Notes under the pieces: generated by a model
What the model saw: only the letters and a program-made list of their open reading frames with translations
Told to the model about the DNA's origin: nothing
Databases searched by the model: none
In this document: positions 1 to 11,648 of the stretch, one piece after another
How positions within the stretch are numbered: position 1 is the stretch's first letter
How the letters are laid out: the number at the start of each line of letters is the position of its first letter
Assembly: GCA_964247055.1 (NCBI GenBank)
Contig: OZ176059.1
Location: 1,364,001-1,428,000 of the forward strand
Source: Paragordius varius
Lineage: Eukaryota; Animalia; Nematomorpha
Direction: 5' to 3'
Length of the DNA: 64,000 nucleotides
Program-made: the position numbers and the translations under genes

Positions 1-3000
1 GTTGATGATGATGCGTTCGAGGAAGGAAATGGAAACCGTATTTTTGCGTTAACATCGTTATTACTACTCAAATTATTTGGTTTATGGTTTAAATTGGATT
101 TCGATGTGGCGGATACCATTACAACTGTACCGCATGTCGAGTTGGTGGTATTGGTTGTGCTATTTAAATTACGATAAACATTTATTGAAGATGGGGAGGA
201 ATTTGTCATAGAATGCTGAGCGTTCAACAAAGAAGTTTTTTGCAAATTATGATCGCCGCCACCCTTTGTAGTAGGTACTTCAATGCTTTTGGTATTATCA
301 ACAAGTTTACCTGCAGTTTTTATTATTTTCCCGTCTTGAATGATCCAACGTGTAGATTTAGATACCGCGAGATCTGTGTTAACAATGGTTTTTTCTTCAA
401 CTTTCGATTCTTTATCACCAAAATAGTTATCTTGCTTATTTATATAAATTGCAGTTTTTGTTTTGTCGTTTAAATTATCATAACTGGAATCAATTGAACT
501 ATTTGGAAAGGTTGTTATTGTTTTACCTATAATAGCGTAATATATAAGAATTATTGTAAGGCAAACAAACTTTTTATGAGACGTAAAACAATCAAAATGT
601 AAATTTACTTTGCACTTTTCCACTATCTGACTCCTTATAACGGTTATATGAAGGTGATTTTAATGGGTAATCAGTGTTGCTAGTTGATGACTCATGATTC
701 TAATATATATTACATAAAGCTTTTATTATATACAATAACTTTATTCGTTTGTAATGAATAGATAAACTATAAATGTAGATTTTCCTGAATTTGCGCGTTT
801 TCAAAACAGTTTCATTAATAATATTAGCCAAAGATATGAATGGAGCATTTGAATACTAAAAAAAGGCCATTTAATAATGAAAAAAATATTAATGGCAAAA
901 TTTTCTAAGGTTAGACCAAGCGTATATTTTAAATGATTTGCAAAATAAGGATAATTAAAATTAATTGAAAAAAAATAAAAATGTATTTATTAAATTAACC
1001 GTTTAATCAATAGATATTCTCATAATATAATTTTAATAAAATTTTAACTATAAAAACGTTTAATAAAATACGAGCTAAAAACGTTAAAATTTATTATAAA
1101 TCGTTGTGACTATCCGATACTTAAAATAACTTACAATAGTGTCCGTATATGATATTGACCCAATTCTATCCTTCACACTTAAAGTTTCTTCCCTTTTGTG
1201 ATGACTTTTGGATTGATGTTGTTGTTGATTGGGATGATAACCAAACTGTGTAATATATTGCATTAACATAAATCAACATATTCATTAATAAGTAGACATA
1301 AAAGCAATATCTGAGGAACAAAACTTAATTAAAGAAAAAACTTACAACATTATCAGTGTATGATGTTGATCCAATTTTGCTTTTAGTATTTTGGTTCAAG
1401 GTATCATCCCTTTTGTTATAATGACTCTTTGATTGTTGTAGTTTTTGTTGATGATGGCCAAACTATATAATATTTGATATAGGAACACAAATAAAGTTTA
1501 GTAAATTAGTTTATAAAAAATAAGTATTACAAAAAAACACATATTGATTCCAAAAAAATAACTTTATTTTGCATTAAAATTAAACTACAATTCGTATGAT
1601 TTGTTATGTGCAAGTATTGTTAAATGTATAAGAAAATTTGAAAAAAAGGGATAAAAAATAAAAGCTCTATGATAGTAATAAAGTTATCATATTTATCCAA
1701 AACAGAAAAAGAGGTATGGATCAAGGCAGTTCATCAAAAAATTTTGCATCGTAATGAATAAAGCATCTAAAGATGACATTAAGAACCTTTAAAAAAGTTA
1801 TAGTAAAAGTTTCGAGCAAAGTGTAATGTTGCTGATGGCTTATTTCTCTTTATGATAGATTGAAATATGTTTTTGGCCAAGATATTAATTGAATGGTTAT
1901 TGCTTAGTTGTAGACGACTTTTTGAATATAGTTCGCACTATTGATTTCTTTTTTTTTCTATCTTTTACCGCTACATTCAAATCATTCAATGTCATTTTAG
2001 TCTCCTCTTTTATCTTAAATAGCCATCTCATCTGTAGTCGTTTTTATGCCCTTCTACCTTTCCAAACATTGTGTTAAGATCGTATGACATGACCAAAATA
2101 TGTTAACATTCTTTTGTAAATTATTACTAGATAATTATAAATTTTTTATTTCCCATTCTTCGTCAGGAGCTCATTTCAAAAATCACAAAATTTCCTCGTT
2201 TATATATCTAAAAGTCTAGTTTTCACAACCATACGTGGGGACGGAAAAAAGAAAATAATCGAGTAATTTTTTAGTTTCAACTCCCACGCGGTTCCCTACC
2301 AAATTCTATCTCTTTCTAAAGACACGCGTAAACCGATTCTAATAGAAATATTTGTTTTTTAGATTTAAATAAACGGATTCGACAGGGATGAAAATTTAAT
2401 GTCATTAACAACAAATTGTAGGACATTTTTTAATTAACTTTTAAAGGTTAAGGCCTAAACGTTAATTGAGAAACTCAAATAAAATAAATTGCCGTCGTTT
2501 CATTTTGTCCAGATTAAGATATGTCTATAACTTCCTTAAACGCGAAGAGATGATGCATGGCACTAGTAAAAGAAAATTAAAATGGTGGAGGTAACAAATT
2601 AAATGATATTCTGGAATCATTGATAACGACTGTGTATTGACTAAGGAGGTAATTCTTCGCAAATTATTCGATGATTACAGAATTTTAAAAAATTTGGATT
2701 TTTAACTTAATGCGTTAAAGGTGTGAAAATATCAACAGCGCAATTCTACGCTTGTCATCGCAAAACGTATCTAATGCGCATGTTTAAATATTCCCCCAGG
2801 TTCTAACCCAATACCAAAAAAGTATATGGGGTCATGCACCGTCTAAAGGAGTGTTCAACACGCTTTTTGCGGTAAAGTGCTATAAAAATGTTAAAAAATG
2901 GATTTTAATCAATACGATTATTTAGAAATATGTCATATAATATTGAGGTTAAAATAAATAAATAAAAACTAACATTATCAAAGCAGCCGGCGAAATATGT

Positions 3001-5699
3001 ATTGAACACCCCTTGTAGACAAGCACCATTCGTTAAAATCTTTGTTTTGTGTATGATGATTCATTTATCATAACTTAAAATTAACAATATCATAATTCAA
3101 ATTTTATATAAAAAACAACTCCAAAAAAAGATTTTTTCCATATTTATACAAAACATTTTTAAATAAAAGGTAATTAATTCGCTTTTTAGACCCTTAACAC
3201 CTTTTTTCTATATAAACATTTTTGATGCTCTCACCCAACTTTTTTTAAAAATAGCAGTAGTTTACATTTTACTGCCATAGCGCATTTATTTTTTACCATC
3301 CTTTAACAAATTTTATACGTTCAAAAGTATTTTTTTTAAATTTTAACAAATAATTATAGGACTGTATTATATAATGCAAACATATATTTACCAATGGATA
3401 CGCAGTGTGTCCATGTTCAATCCTAGAATCATCACGAGAGCGTGGAGATTCAGCCATATAATATCCACCACCATTATTACTATTATTAGGCGGAGGTGCG
3501 TGTGCCTGTAGGGGTGGGGGTGTAAATGATCTACTTAAACTGCCCATACCGCTACTCCGATGATAATGATGGGCTGGCATCAAAAGGGTCGTTGTCATAG
3601 CGGCCGCCGCTGTCACATTGTGTCGCCTGGGCGGAGAATATTCCCCGTGTTGCGGTTTTTGATAGTGTGACATGGGCCGGACAGCGGGTACACCACCCAT
3701 GCCCATACCCGACATGCGCATCTGGCTGTATTCAGCGTTAATGAATGGGCCATCGGAGGAATGAGACTCAATCGGTTTCAAGGTGGCGTAACTGCCCGTA
3801 TGATCCCCGCTATAATATTGTTTTTTTGGGGGTGCTACCTGTGCTGGTGGCGGAAGTTGGTGTTGCTGTGAGTGATATATCGAGGGTGGTAACTGCGATG
3901 GTGGTGGTGGTGGCGGTGTTTGATAATTTTTATTATTGTTGTTGTAATGATCATTAAATGACGAAGATGACTGAAATCTGGCCGGATAATCGTGATATGG
4001 TGGAGGTACATTTGTCCCAACATTATCAGCAGCATTCATGTGCCATCTTTCTCGTCGATCCTCAAAAAAGGGAGGAGGCGGCGGTGGCGGCACAATAGCC
4101 ATGGATGGTGGCGGTGGCCCATAACGTGACATCTCAAAAAAGTTATCGTCTGCTGAAAGTCTACGTCTATAATTATTGGGTTGATTTGTTTCATGCGCAC
4201 CGTATCGACGGTTCATGACATCCATTGTAACGTTATTTGTATTATGGTTATTGCCATAATTATAATAATCTCCTGGAGGAGGGGTCCTATAGTCTGGCCT
4301 AGAAGCATAAGTACTTTGGTAGTGAAAACTGGCGTTGTTATAGGGCGAACCTAATGGCTTAACACGTCTAGAATTGTAAATATCTTCATACTCTTTCTTA
4401 GATGGCAATGAATCAGGGTAAGGATATGAATTGTAAGCATTGTATCCGTTATCCTGGGATTGTTGTATTTGGTGTTGTTGTGAATAAAATGACCCCCTTT
4501 TGCCATATACATGATTAACAGATGACATGTTCGCTGGTGGGGGTACTGCCAACAAATTATTTGCTGTTGTATAATTATTATATAAACGAAAGTCGGCAGC
4601 GTTAACATTACGGATTGACGATATGGGAGGCATGTTTCGACTCGGTGTGGCAGACGAACACATTCGAATCATGTGTGGAGGCGGGGGAGGATAACCACCA
4701 GGATACTGATAATTATTATGATTAACATTGCTTGTTGGGGCATGATAGTATTGTCTCAAATGTGGTGGAGCATTGTATGTCGTATTATCCATAAGGCCAT
4801 AAAATTTTGTAGTTTTACTGTCACGTTTACCCAAACCTGCTGTAGTTGAAGAAGTTTGTTCATGGCTGTTAAAGTAACGAGCATTTTCATTCATGTCAGC
4901 TCTCCCCATAAGTTTGTTGTTCTCATAAAATTTGTCATTCGAGGTGGCATTAACATTATTGTTGTATGATTTATTCTCTACATAGTCTGGAATATAATTT
5001 TCAGTATCTAGAGATTGAGAATTATGACGTCTACCAGTTATTCCAAAATCTTTCCAGTTGGTGTGCGGTTTAAGATAATTCATTGGATCCTTATTATTAT
5101 CCAAACAGATTGAGCCCACACTAGCAACAGATGACGAAAGGGCAGGCAAGCTTGTTAAATCATCACTGGTGGTAGTGATATCCTTTAATTCATTTGAACT
5201 GGATAAAGATGGAAATTCTTTTTGAAAACTACTTGAATATTGGCTTGGTGGTTGATGAACTAAAAAATTAAATTTAAAATAACTTGAAATCTTTTCAACA
5301 CTAGCTACGACATTCCAGGATTTAGATCCAGGAGCATTTATCGGATTTTCAGATTCGGATTTAGGTGTTTCTAAACTAGAAAATACATATATAAAAAATA
5401 CCTATCAGGAGGTTCTTTTGGCCAACTTGTGGCTTGCACATTATGGTTTATATCATAATTTGGAGTGTCAAGTTTTATACTTGGCAAAATAGCAGGAGGA
5501 GGCAATCGTTTACTACTAACACCTTTGCCAATACCGGAACCACCATAGTTTTCTAAATATTATATTAAATATTACTAGATTTTTGGATTTCGTTCCCTTT
5601 TCCTTTATACAACGTATTTATGTTTAGGGTTTGAAACTTCCCCTTTTTTTCATTTTTATTATTTGATAAAACATTGTGCGAAATTGTTGAAGTGGACAT
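1..5699 (-). CDS. PRRC2: PRRC2/BAT2 (nocte-like) protein with BAT2 N-terminal domain; 3' end lies outside the window. Exons: 5699-5576, 5552-5402, 5375-5284, 5259-3392, 1462-1346, 1245-1135, 699-609, 526-<1
   Basis: Spliced N-terminus MSTSTISHNVLSNNKNEKKGKFQTLNINTLYKGKGNEIQKSKNYGGSGIGKGVSSKRLPPPAILPSIK...TSWPK...SFQKEFPSL matches my recollection of the BAT2_N motifs (K-Y/F-x-x-L-N...YKGK, RRMPPPANLPSLK, GW..K, EFP(S/T)L). All introns are GT-AG and phases chain correctly (1,2,1,0,0,0,1). An in-frame TGA lies just upstream of the ATG. Exon 4 contains the 618-aa ORF 3293-5149. Downstream exons are less certain than the N-terminal ones. Confidence 0.85.
1890..2150 (-). mobile_element. Degenerate 3' end of an RTE-clade (BovB-like) non-LTR retrotransposon, in PRRC2 intron 4
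   Basis: Minus-strand translation across frameshifts and stops: MLTYFGHVIR...MFGKVEGHK..RLQMRWLFKIKEETKMTLNDLNVAVKDRK...KSRLQLSN. This resembles the RTE ORF C-terminus (YFGH...GKVEGKR.RGR.RMRW...DR...KSRTRLSD). Confidence 0.65.
2846..3015. mobile_element. Small TA-flanked MITE (Tc1/mariner-like)
   Basis: Imperfect terminal inverted repeats AAGGAGTGTTCAA ... TTGAACACCCCTTG, flanked by TA on both sides. Confidence 0.45.
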
Positions 5700-6966
5700 G
5701 ATATATCATCCAACATTGATTTTAGGCTAAATATAATTTTAATAAAAAAAATACCGAAGTTTAGGAAGTTCAGTTGGAGCTTGTGGTTGGGTTTGGTGGT
5801 ATCGTTTGTAAATTTTATTATGTATATATAAAAGATAAAAAATATGTAATGAATAATCTGTGAATAAACTAAATAAACATTTTATTATCTTTTTCTTTTT
5901 TGAATACAATTGCATTTGTGGGATATGGTAATTGCAAATATTTTTGATAATTTTTTTGGTTAAAGTTTATTATCAACGTCCTGTCTGACAATAAAAAGCG
6001 TTTTCTGTATCAATCCAAAATTAGGATCAAAATATTGACCAAGGAGCAATTTTAATTCCAAAATCATTTAATAAATAAGCGGTAATAAGTATTGTATATT
6101 TTTAACAATTCAATATTTTTAAATTATTTTTTACAAATCGTGCGGGTAAAAGACTGGGGAATGAATGAAAATTGGGCCTAATATTTAAAAATAAAATTTA
6201 AAAATTACCCATAGGTATGTTAAAATAGAGAAAAAAATTTAAGGGATTACTTTTAATATGCAAACACCTGATAATTATATATTCTGATAAGAAAATGTTC
6301 CAAGATTATTAAGCTTTTGGTGGCCGTTAATATCAGGTGTTCGTTTCAATCGGGTTTTAAAGCTGTCTCATTTTTAAACTCTAAAGATTAAAAACTGTAA
6401 AAAATATCACCTTTTTTATTTAATACATGAGAACAATGTTTGACAATTAAATTTTAACTAAAATAATTTTAAAACAGTAGTTTATTTACAAAATTGAGGT
6501 GGAAATAGAAATACATCAAAATATAATAATGAAGTTTTAATAGACTTTACTTTATAATTAAAAGTTCGTTTGCTTTCAAGTTTGTTTAATTTTTGTAAAA
6601 AAACATGATTTAAATTTTCTTATATTTTAGACGAACTATAACCATAACAAGATGACAGTAAATATGGAAAAATAAATATTTTGGTCTTTTCCACCATGCT
6701 TCAATTAAATATGCCAAAATTTTAAAAATTTTAAAGCAAAGTATAGATTTTTTCATAAATTTTCTTTTTAGGTGTGATTATCTAAAAATATCACAATTAT
6801 TATCGCGCATACGATAAATAACCTATTATAGAGAGGTCCTTGCGACCTTAGCAGTTTATTAAGTCTAATATATGATATTTTGCGTTAAAATACAGTCTAT
6901 GATATGATTCAATTATATTTTGAAAACGAAGCTACCTTTTACCAAAATAATTTTATATGATATAAT

Positions 6967-7970
6967 GGGTTGAGTGATAAAAAAGTCGCACTTGACTTGT
7001 AAGCCAAGCGTGACAAGTTGAGCAAGAGCCAGCAAGTGTATACTTGAAGATCGGTGATAAAAAAACACTTAAGTCAAGTCTTTTGCTTATGAATGTAACA
7101 TTTTTTTGCCACCCAAATTAAATTCAGAAATTATTTTGATCTTTTACAGCCAAATCTATGAAATAAGGCACATAAAGATAAATAATTAATACAATATGCA
7201 TTTATTGACTTTTTATAAACTCATTGGCAAGTATCTTATCTAATATTATAGAATTTTCTAAATATTGAGGTTGGTATTAATTTTTAGATTAATAAACCAT
7301 TTTCCCTTAAAACGCCATAAAACACATTCCATTTCTTTATCACACTACTTATTTTGTTTGGAGTCCATTTGCAAATATAATGGGAAGATGTTTATACAAT
7401 ATAACATATTATTATTTTGAATTGATTATCAACATTACATTCAAAATAGACTATGTTGAAATAAATTCTTTACATCGGTTAATAGTGAAGCAACCTTTTC
7501 CTTTTAATAAAACAAGATTTGGAATTTTACAAGATTAATATCTAATTATAATTTTTAAGAAATTTTCGAGAATCAAATTTTTCACGGAATTTTAGCATAT
7601 TTTTATATGCCATGTTCTTATTAGCAGAGTTTTTCTATAAATTTACCCCCTTTTCTATCCACCCAATGAATAGGTTAATTAGCCAAAATTTATCAAATTA
7701 ACAATTTATAGCATTAACAAAGATTTGAATTACATGTAAAACCTAAATTATTTACATAAATAGTTTCCAAATTAATTTTATCCATATTTTTAAATCTGTC
7801 AAGTGTGCCCTACACCACACTTGCAAAATCTTTATTTTTACTTGATCATATGATTTTTTATCACCTCCGAATCAATTTTTCTTGCTTGACTTGAGTCGTG
7901 TAATGTTAAATTTTTTTTATCACATGAAAGCAAGCCATGACTTTCAAAAAAAAATTTTATCACCCCACCC
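6967..7970. mobile_element. ~1-kb non-autonomous DNA transposon, family E (GGG...CCC termini, 3-bp AAT TSD; PIF/Harbinger-related superfamily suspected)
   Basis: TIRs GGGTTGAGTGATAAAAAA / TTTTATCACCCCACCC, flanked by AAT on both sides, with subterminal CTTGACTT/AAGTCAAG repeats. A second copy lies at 30935-34419. Confidence 0.8.
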
Positions 7971-9491
7971 AATGAGTGAATATTAACATTTTTTGGTATG
8001 GAGCAATTAGAACAAAAATATTTTCTCAAACGACTTGCAAGGCCCAAAACTAAAATCATTAAGAATTATGATACATTTTTAAAAAAAATACATATTTCAT
8101 CAGGGTATTGTTTTTGTGTGCACTGTTAATATACGCTATTCCAACTTTTAAATATGAAGCAATACAAATATGGAAAAAACTTTCTTAACTGATTCGTAAG
8201 CTTGATAACCAAAAGTACCAAGAATATCCCGTTATTTTATCAGAACTTTTGGGATATTTTTTCATATTCCAAATTTTGTGCATAATATAATTGCAGCATT
8301 CAGGAAACAGTATAGAAACATATATATATATAGATCTGATAAAATATTATACTAGAACAGCATTATAAGGGAAAGAATGCAATAGAAAATTATCTTGAAA
8401 AATGTTTGTAACATATAATTAATTTTAAACACCCAGCTAGAAAGAGAAGATACTATTGCTGTTGTAGTAGATTTAGTTTCACAAAATTTATAACCAATTA
8501 TAGCTCAAACTGAGTTTGCATGGATTTAACCTTTTAGTATTGGTATTTACAACAGATCATTAATAAATCCAGCCCTTAGTATAAAATAATAATATTAATT
8601 TTAAATAGATAGGTTGAAGGTTTAAGTTATAAATACGATTATCAATAATTTTTTATAATATAAAGAGCTTGAACAAAAAAATGCATGATATAATTGATAA
8701 AATAATTTACTAAAGGTGACCGTTTACATATAATATCTAAATCTATATTGTCAGATGCTATTACGAATATAATTCGAGCAAAATAAGTATCAAAATTTAA
8801 ATATTTGTAAAGATATATTTTTTTATGTTGCTTAATAGCCTAGGGAAGTTTAATTATTCGCATTAAACGTACCTTATATAATATTGTTAAATGACCATCT
8901 ATATGGCTAATTCTAATGTCCTTTATTCTCTTGTATTGAGACAAGGAAAGGCTCTTTTTTAAAATATCCATAAAATGAATGTTTCGCAACAAAAATTATA
9001 ATTTAATTCAATTTTTACGGTGTGATAACACATAAATATTTTTTTGAATTTTTGGATAAAAAAGAATTGAAATTATTTTTGTATATATGGATAGATACAG
9101 TAACTACATAGTAATTCCTCTGTTTTAGGATAAAATTATGATTTGGTGGTACCTTACTAACGAAATTCCTTTTCATTAAAGGTAATAAAATTGGTTTATT
9201 AATTTATAATCAAAAAATCATTTTTTATCTATTTCTTAGCGATAATATAACCCAATCATATCTCGTATTAGTTAGATCTGTCTAAGTCCACTTTGGCTTT
9301 TACTTTGATAAAAGTTTTTATATTCTGTATTTCACTCAAAAATTAATTTAAACAGTAGTTTTATTTTGATTTATTTATTAGAAAGGTATTGTACTGTTAC
9401 ACTGTGTTGGTGTGCCAAAGTACTAAGCCCGAAACTGCGTAGTTTTTCCATCATCACTGTCAACCCTGGGCAGGCAGACTTTTAAAGCTTA

Positions 9492-9706
9492 CAGTCATGT
9501 ATCCTTTATCAAAAAATTATTTTTTTCGTTAAATGGGTATAAATATTTGGTAAAAAATGGAAAAAACAAGTGCTCTGTGGTAATTCTTTTTTGATGAATA
9601 TGATATTGCTAATACCATAGAGCTCTTGTTTTTCCCATTCTTTACCAAATATTTATATCCATTTAACGAAAAAAAAAATTTTTGATAAAATAAGGATGCA
9701 TGACTG
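9492..9706. mobile_element. Hairpin MITE family D (CAGTCATG termini, TA TSD)
   Basis: Nearly fully palindromic 215 bp, TA|CAGTCATGTATCC ... GGATGCATGACTG|TA. A homologous copy in the opposite orientation is at 15529-15757, and a half copy starts at 50724. Confidence 0.85.
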
Positions 9707-10539
9707 TATATAGAATTTAGTCCTAATTTATTCTGTATGTATATATATCTTTGTGGTGATTTTCTCTGGGAACTATAATTATTCCACATATTTTATCATA
9801 TAACTTTAAGATAAATTTATCATGTAATACATTTTATATATAGCAAGAGTCGTCTGATTGGTTATGGCATTCAGTATTGGCCATGACTGTGATTGTCATC
9901 TCTTATAAAATTAACCAGTCAAAATTTTTTAATCATATGAAGTTATTAAAAATGTAGAAATTTATTATAATTGTAAGAGAAAATTATTTTTAGTTTGGAA
10001 ATAATATGATAAAGGCAGGCAGATAGGTTATTATTTTATTTATTTTCAATATATATAGCATCTGTTATAATTGGTATGATCATGTATTGCATCCAATACA
10101 ACAGATTAACTTATAATTGATTTTTACAAATTTCTTGGAATATAAGCTTATCAATATACAATGGTCAAACATTATGAAAATCAAGTTTTTCCTATATAAA
10201 ATTTAATATAATTTAAAAAAACATTTATGCTTAAAAACAAAAAAGTTTTACTCATAAAAGCGGATTTGTTCGGCTATTTGCAACATACTGCCATATATTA
10301 GCACTTTTAATCCTATAAATACACTTTTTAATAACCTACATTAAATTTTAATAATTTGTTTGATATAAATATCAATAAAAACTTTTCATAATTGATATTG
10401 CTTAGATATAACATAAACGGACACCAAACGTTTCGACAAATAAAAATGGCACAATACATAAAAGAAAGGAAGGTGAGTGATGTGCGTGTCCTTAAACAAC
10501 ATCCGGAAAAGGTTATATACATATATATATATATATATA

Positions 10540-11577
10540 CCATTTACACTTCAAGAGTGTCCTTGAACAATTCAAGTTGGTCCTTGAACAATTCAAGTTG
10601 GTCCTTGAACAGTTCAAGTTGGTCCTTGAACAATTCAAGTTGGTCCTTGAACAATTCAAGTTGGTCCTTGAACAATTCAAGTTGGTCCTTGAACAATTCA
10701 AGTTGGTCCTTGAACAGTTCAAGTTGGTCCTTAAAATTTATAAATTTTGATTTAACCATAATTTTTGCATTTATTTTTTTATACCATTTACACTTCAAGA
10801 GTGTCCTTGAACAATTCAAGTTGGTCCTTGAACAATTCAAGTTGGTCCTTGAACAGTTCAAGTTGGTCCTTGAACAATTCAAGTTGGTCCTTGAACAATT
10901 CAAGTTGGTCCTTGAACAATTCAAGTTGGTCCTTGAACAATTCAAGTTGGTCCTTGAACAGTTCAAGTTGGTCCTTAAAATTTATAAATTTTGATTTAAC
11001 CATAATTTTTGCATTTATTTTTTTATTTAATTATTTATTAACCTAATTTTCTTTATTTATTATATATTTATTCATTTAAAAATAAATTTTTTTTATTGAA
11101 AAACCACTTTTTTTGTTTAAAACTATTTTTTTTCAATTGAACAAAATTATTGACTTTTAAATGTTTTTAATGAAAAATTTTAATTAATAACCCAGAAAAC
11201 TTATATATTTTTTCATTTCGTGTTAAAATCTTATAAATATCCAAAATTTTTTTAGAAATTAATAAAGATATACGGTTTCTCAAAGATTAAAAGTTGATAT
11301 CAATTTAAAATTTATGTAAATAATAGAAAATAGGTTAAAAACAATAAAATAGACGAATTATCTTCGATTTGATTGATAAAAGTTAAAAACAAAACAAAAA
11401 AGTTAAAGGACCAACTTGAATTGTTCAAGGACCAACTTGAATTGTTCAAGGACCAACTTGAACTGTTCAAGGACCAACTTGAATTGTTCAAGGACCAACT
11501 TGAACTGTTCAAGGACCGACTTGAATTGTTCAAGGACCAACTTGAATTGTTCAAGGACACTCTTGAAGTGTAAATGG
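10540..11577. mobile_element. Modular foldback element with CCATTTAC termini and arms made of 21-bp tandem repeats, inserted in a (TA)n tract
   Basis: TA|CCATTTACACTTCAAGAGTGTCC ... GGACACTCTTGAAGTGTAAATGG|TA. The arms are arrays of CCTTGAACAATTCAAGTTGGT (8, 8 and 7 units). The left 244 bp is duplicated in tandem (10540-10783 and 10784-11027). Confidence 0.85.
10560..10975 (+). repeat. Two arrays of the 21-bp unit CCTTGAACAATTCAAGTTGGT (8 units each); inverted third array at ~11408-11555
   Basis: Directly visible. It produces the heptad pseudo-ORFs SLNNSSW, LEQFKLV, NCSRTNL and DQLELFK. The A>G variant falls in units 3 and 8 of both left arrays. Confidence 0.97.
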
Positions 11578-11648
11578 TATATATATATATATATATATAT
11601 ATATTATGAATAATCTAAAATTTTAGCATATGCTTTTAAATAAAGTTG

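Noticed and set aside
3745-4608. ORFs 3745-3957 (+), 3835-4035 (-) and 4351-4608 (-)
   Set aside because: Antisense or alternate-frame shadows of the large PRRC2 exon.
8150-8560. Broken reading IWKK...EYPVILSELL...IP resembling a hAT dimerisation domain
   Set aside because: The diagnostic ERxFS motif is absent and there are no TIRs; too weak to call.
10560-10730. Heat-shock element array (GAA..TTC)
   Set aside because: Spacing is GAA-3nt-TTC, not the contiguous inverted nGAAn pentamers of an HSE.
10560-11555. CRISPR-like array of palindromic repeats
   Set aside because: Units are head-to-tail with no unique spacers, there are no cas genes, and the context is eukaryotic.
10392-11613. Eight ORF-track entries with heptad repeats (DQLELFK, NCSRTNL, SLNNSSW, LEQFKLV) resembling coiled-coil proteins
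   Set aside because: They arise because the 21-bp unit is stop-free in four of six frames. They overlap on both strands, run into (TA)n, and lie within TIR arms.
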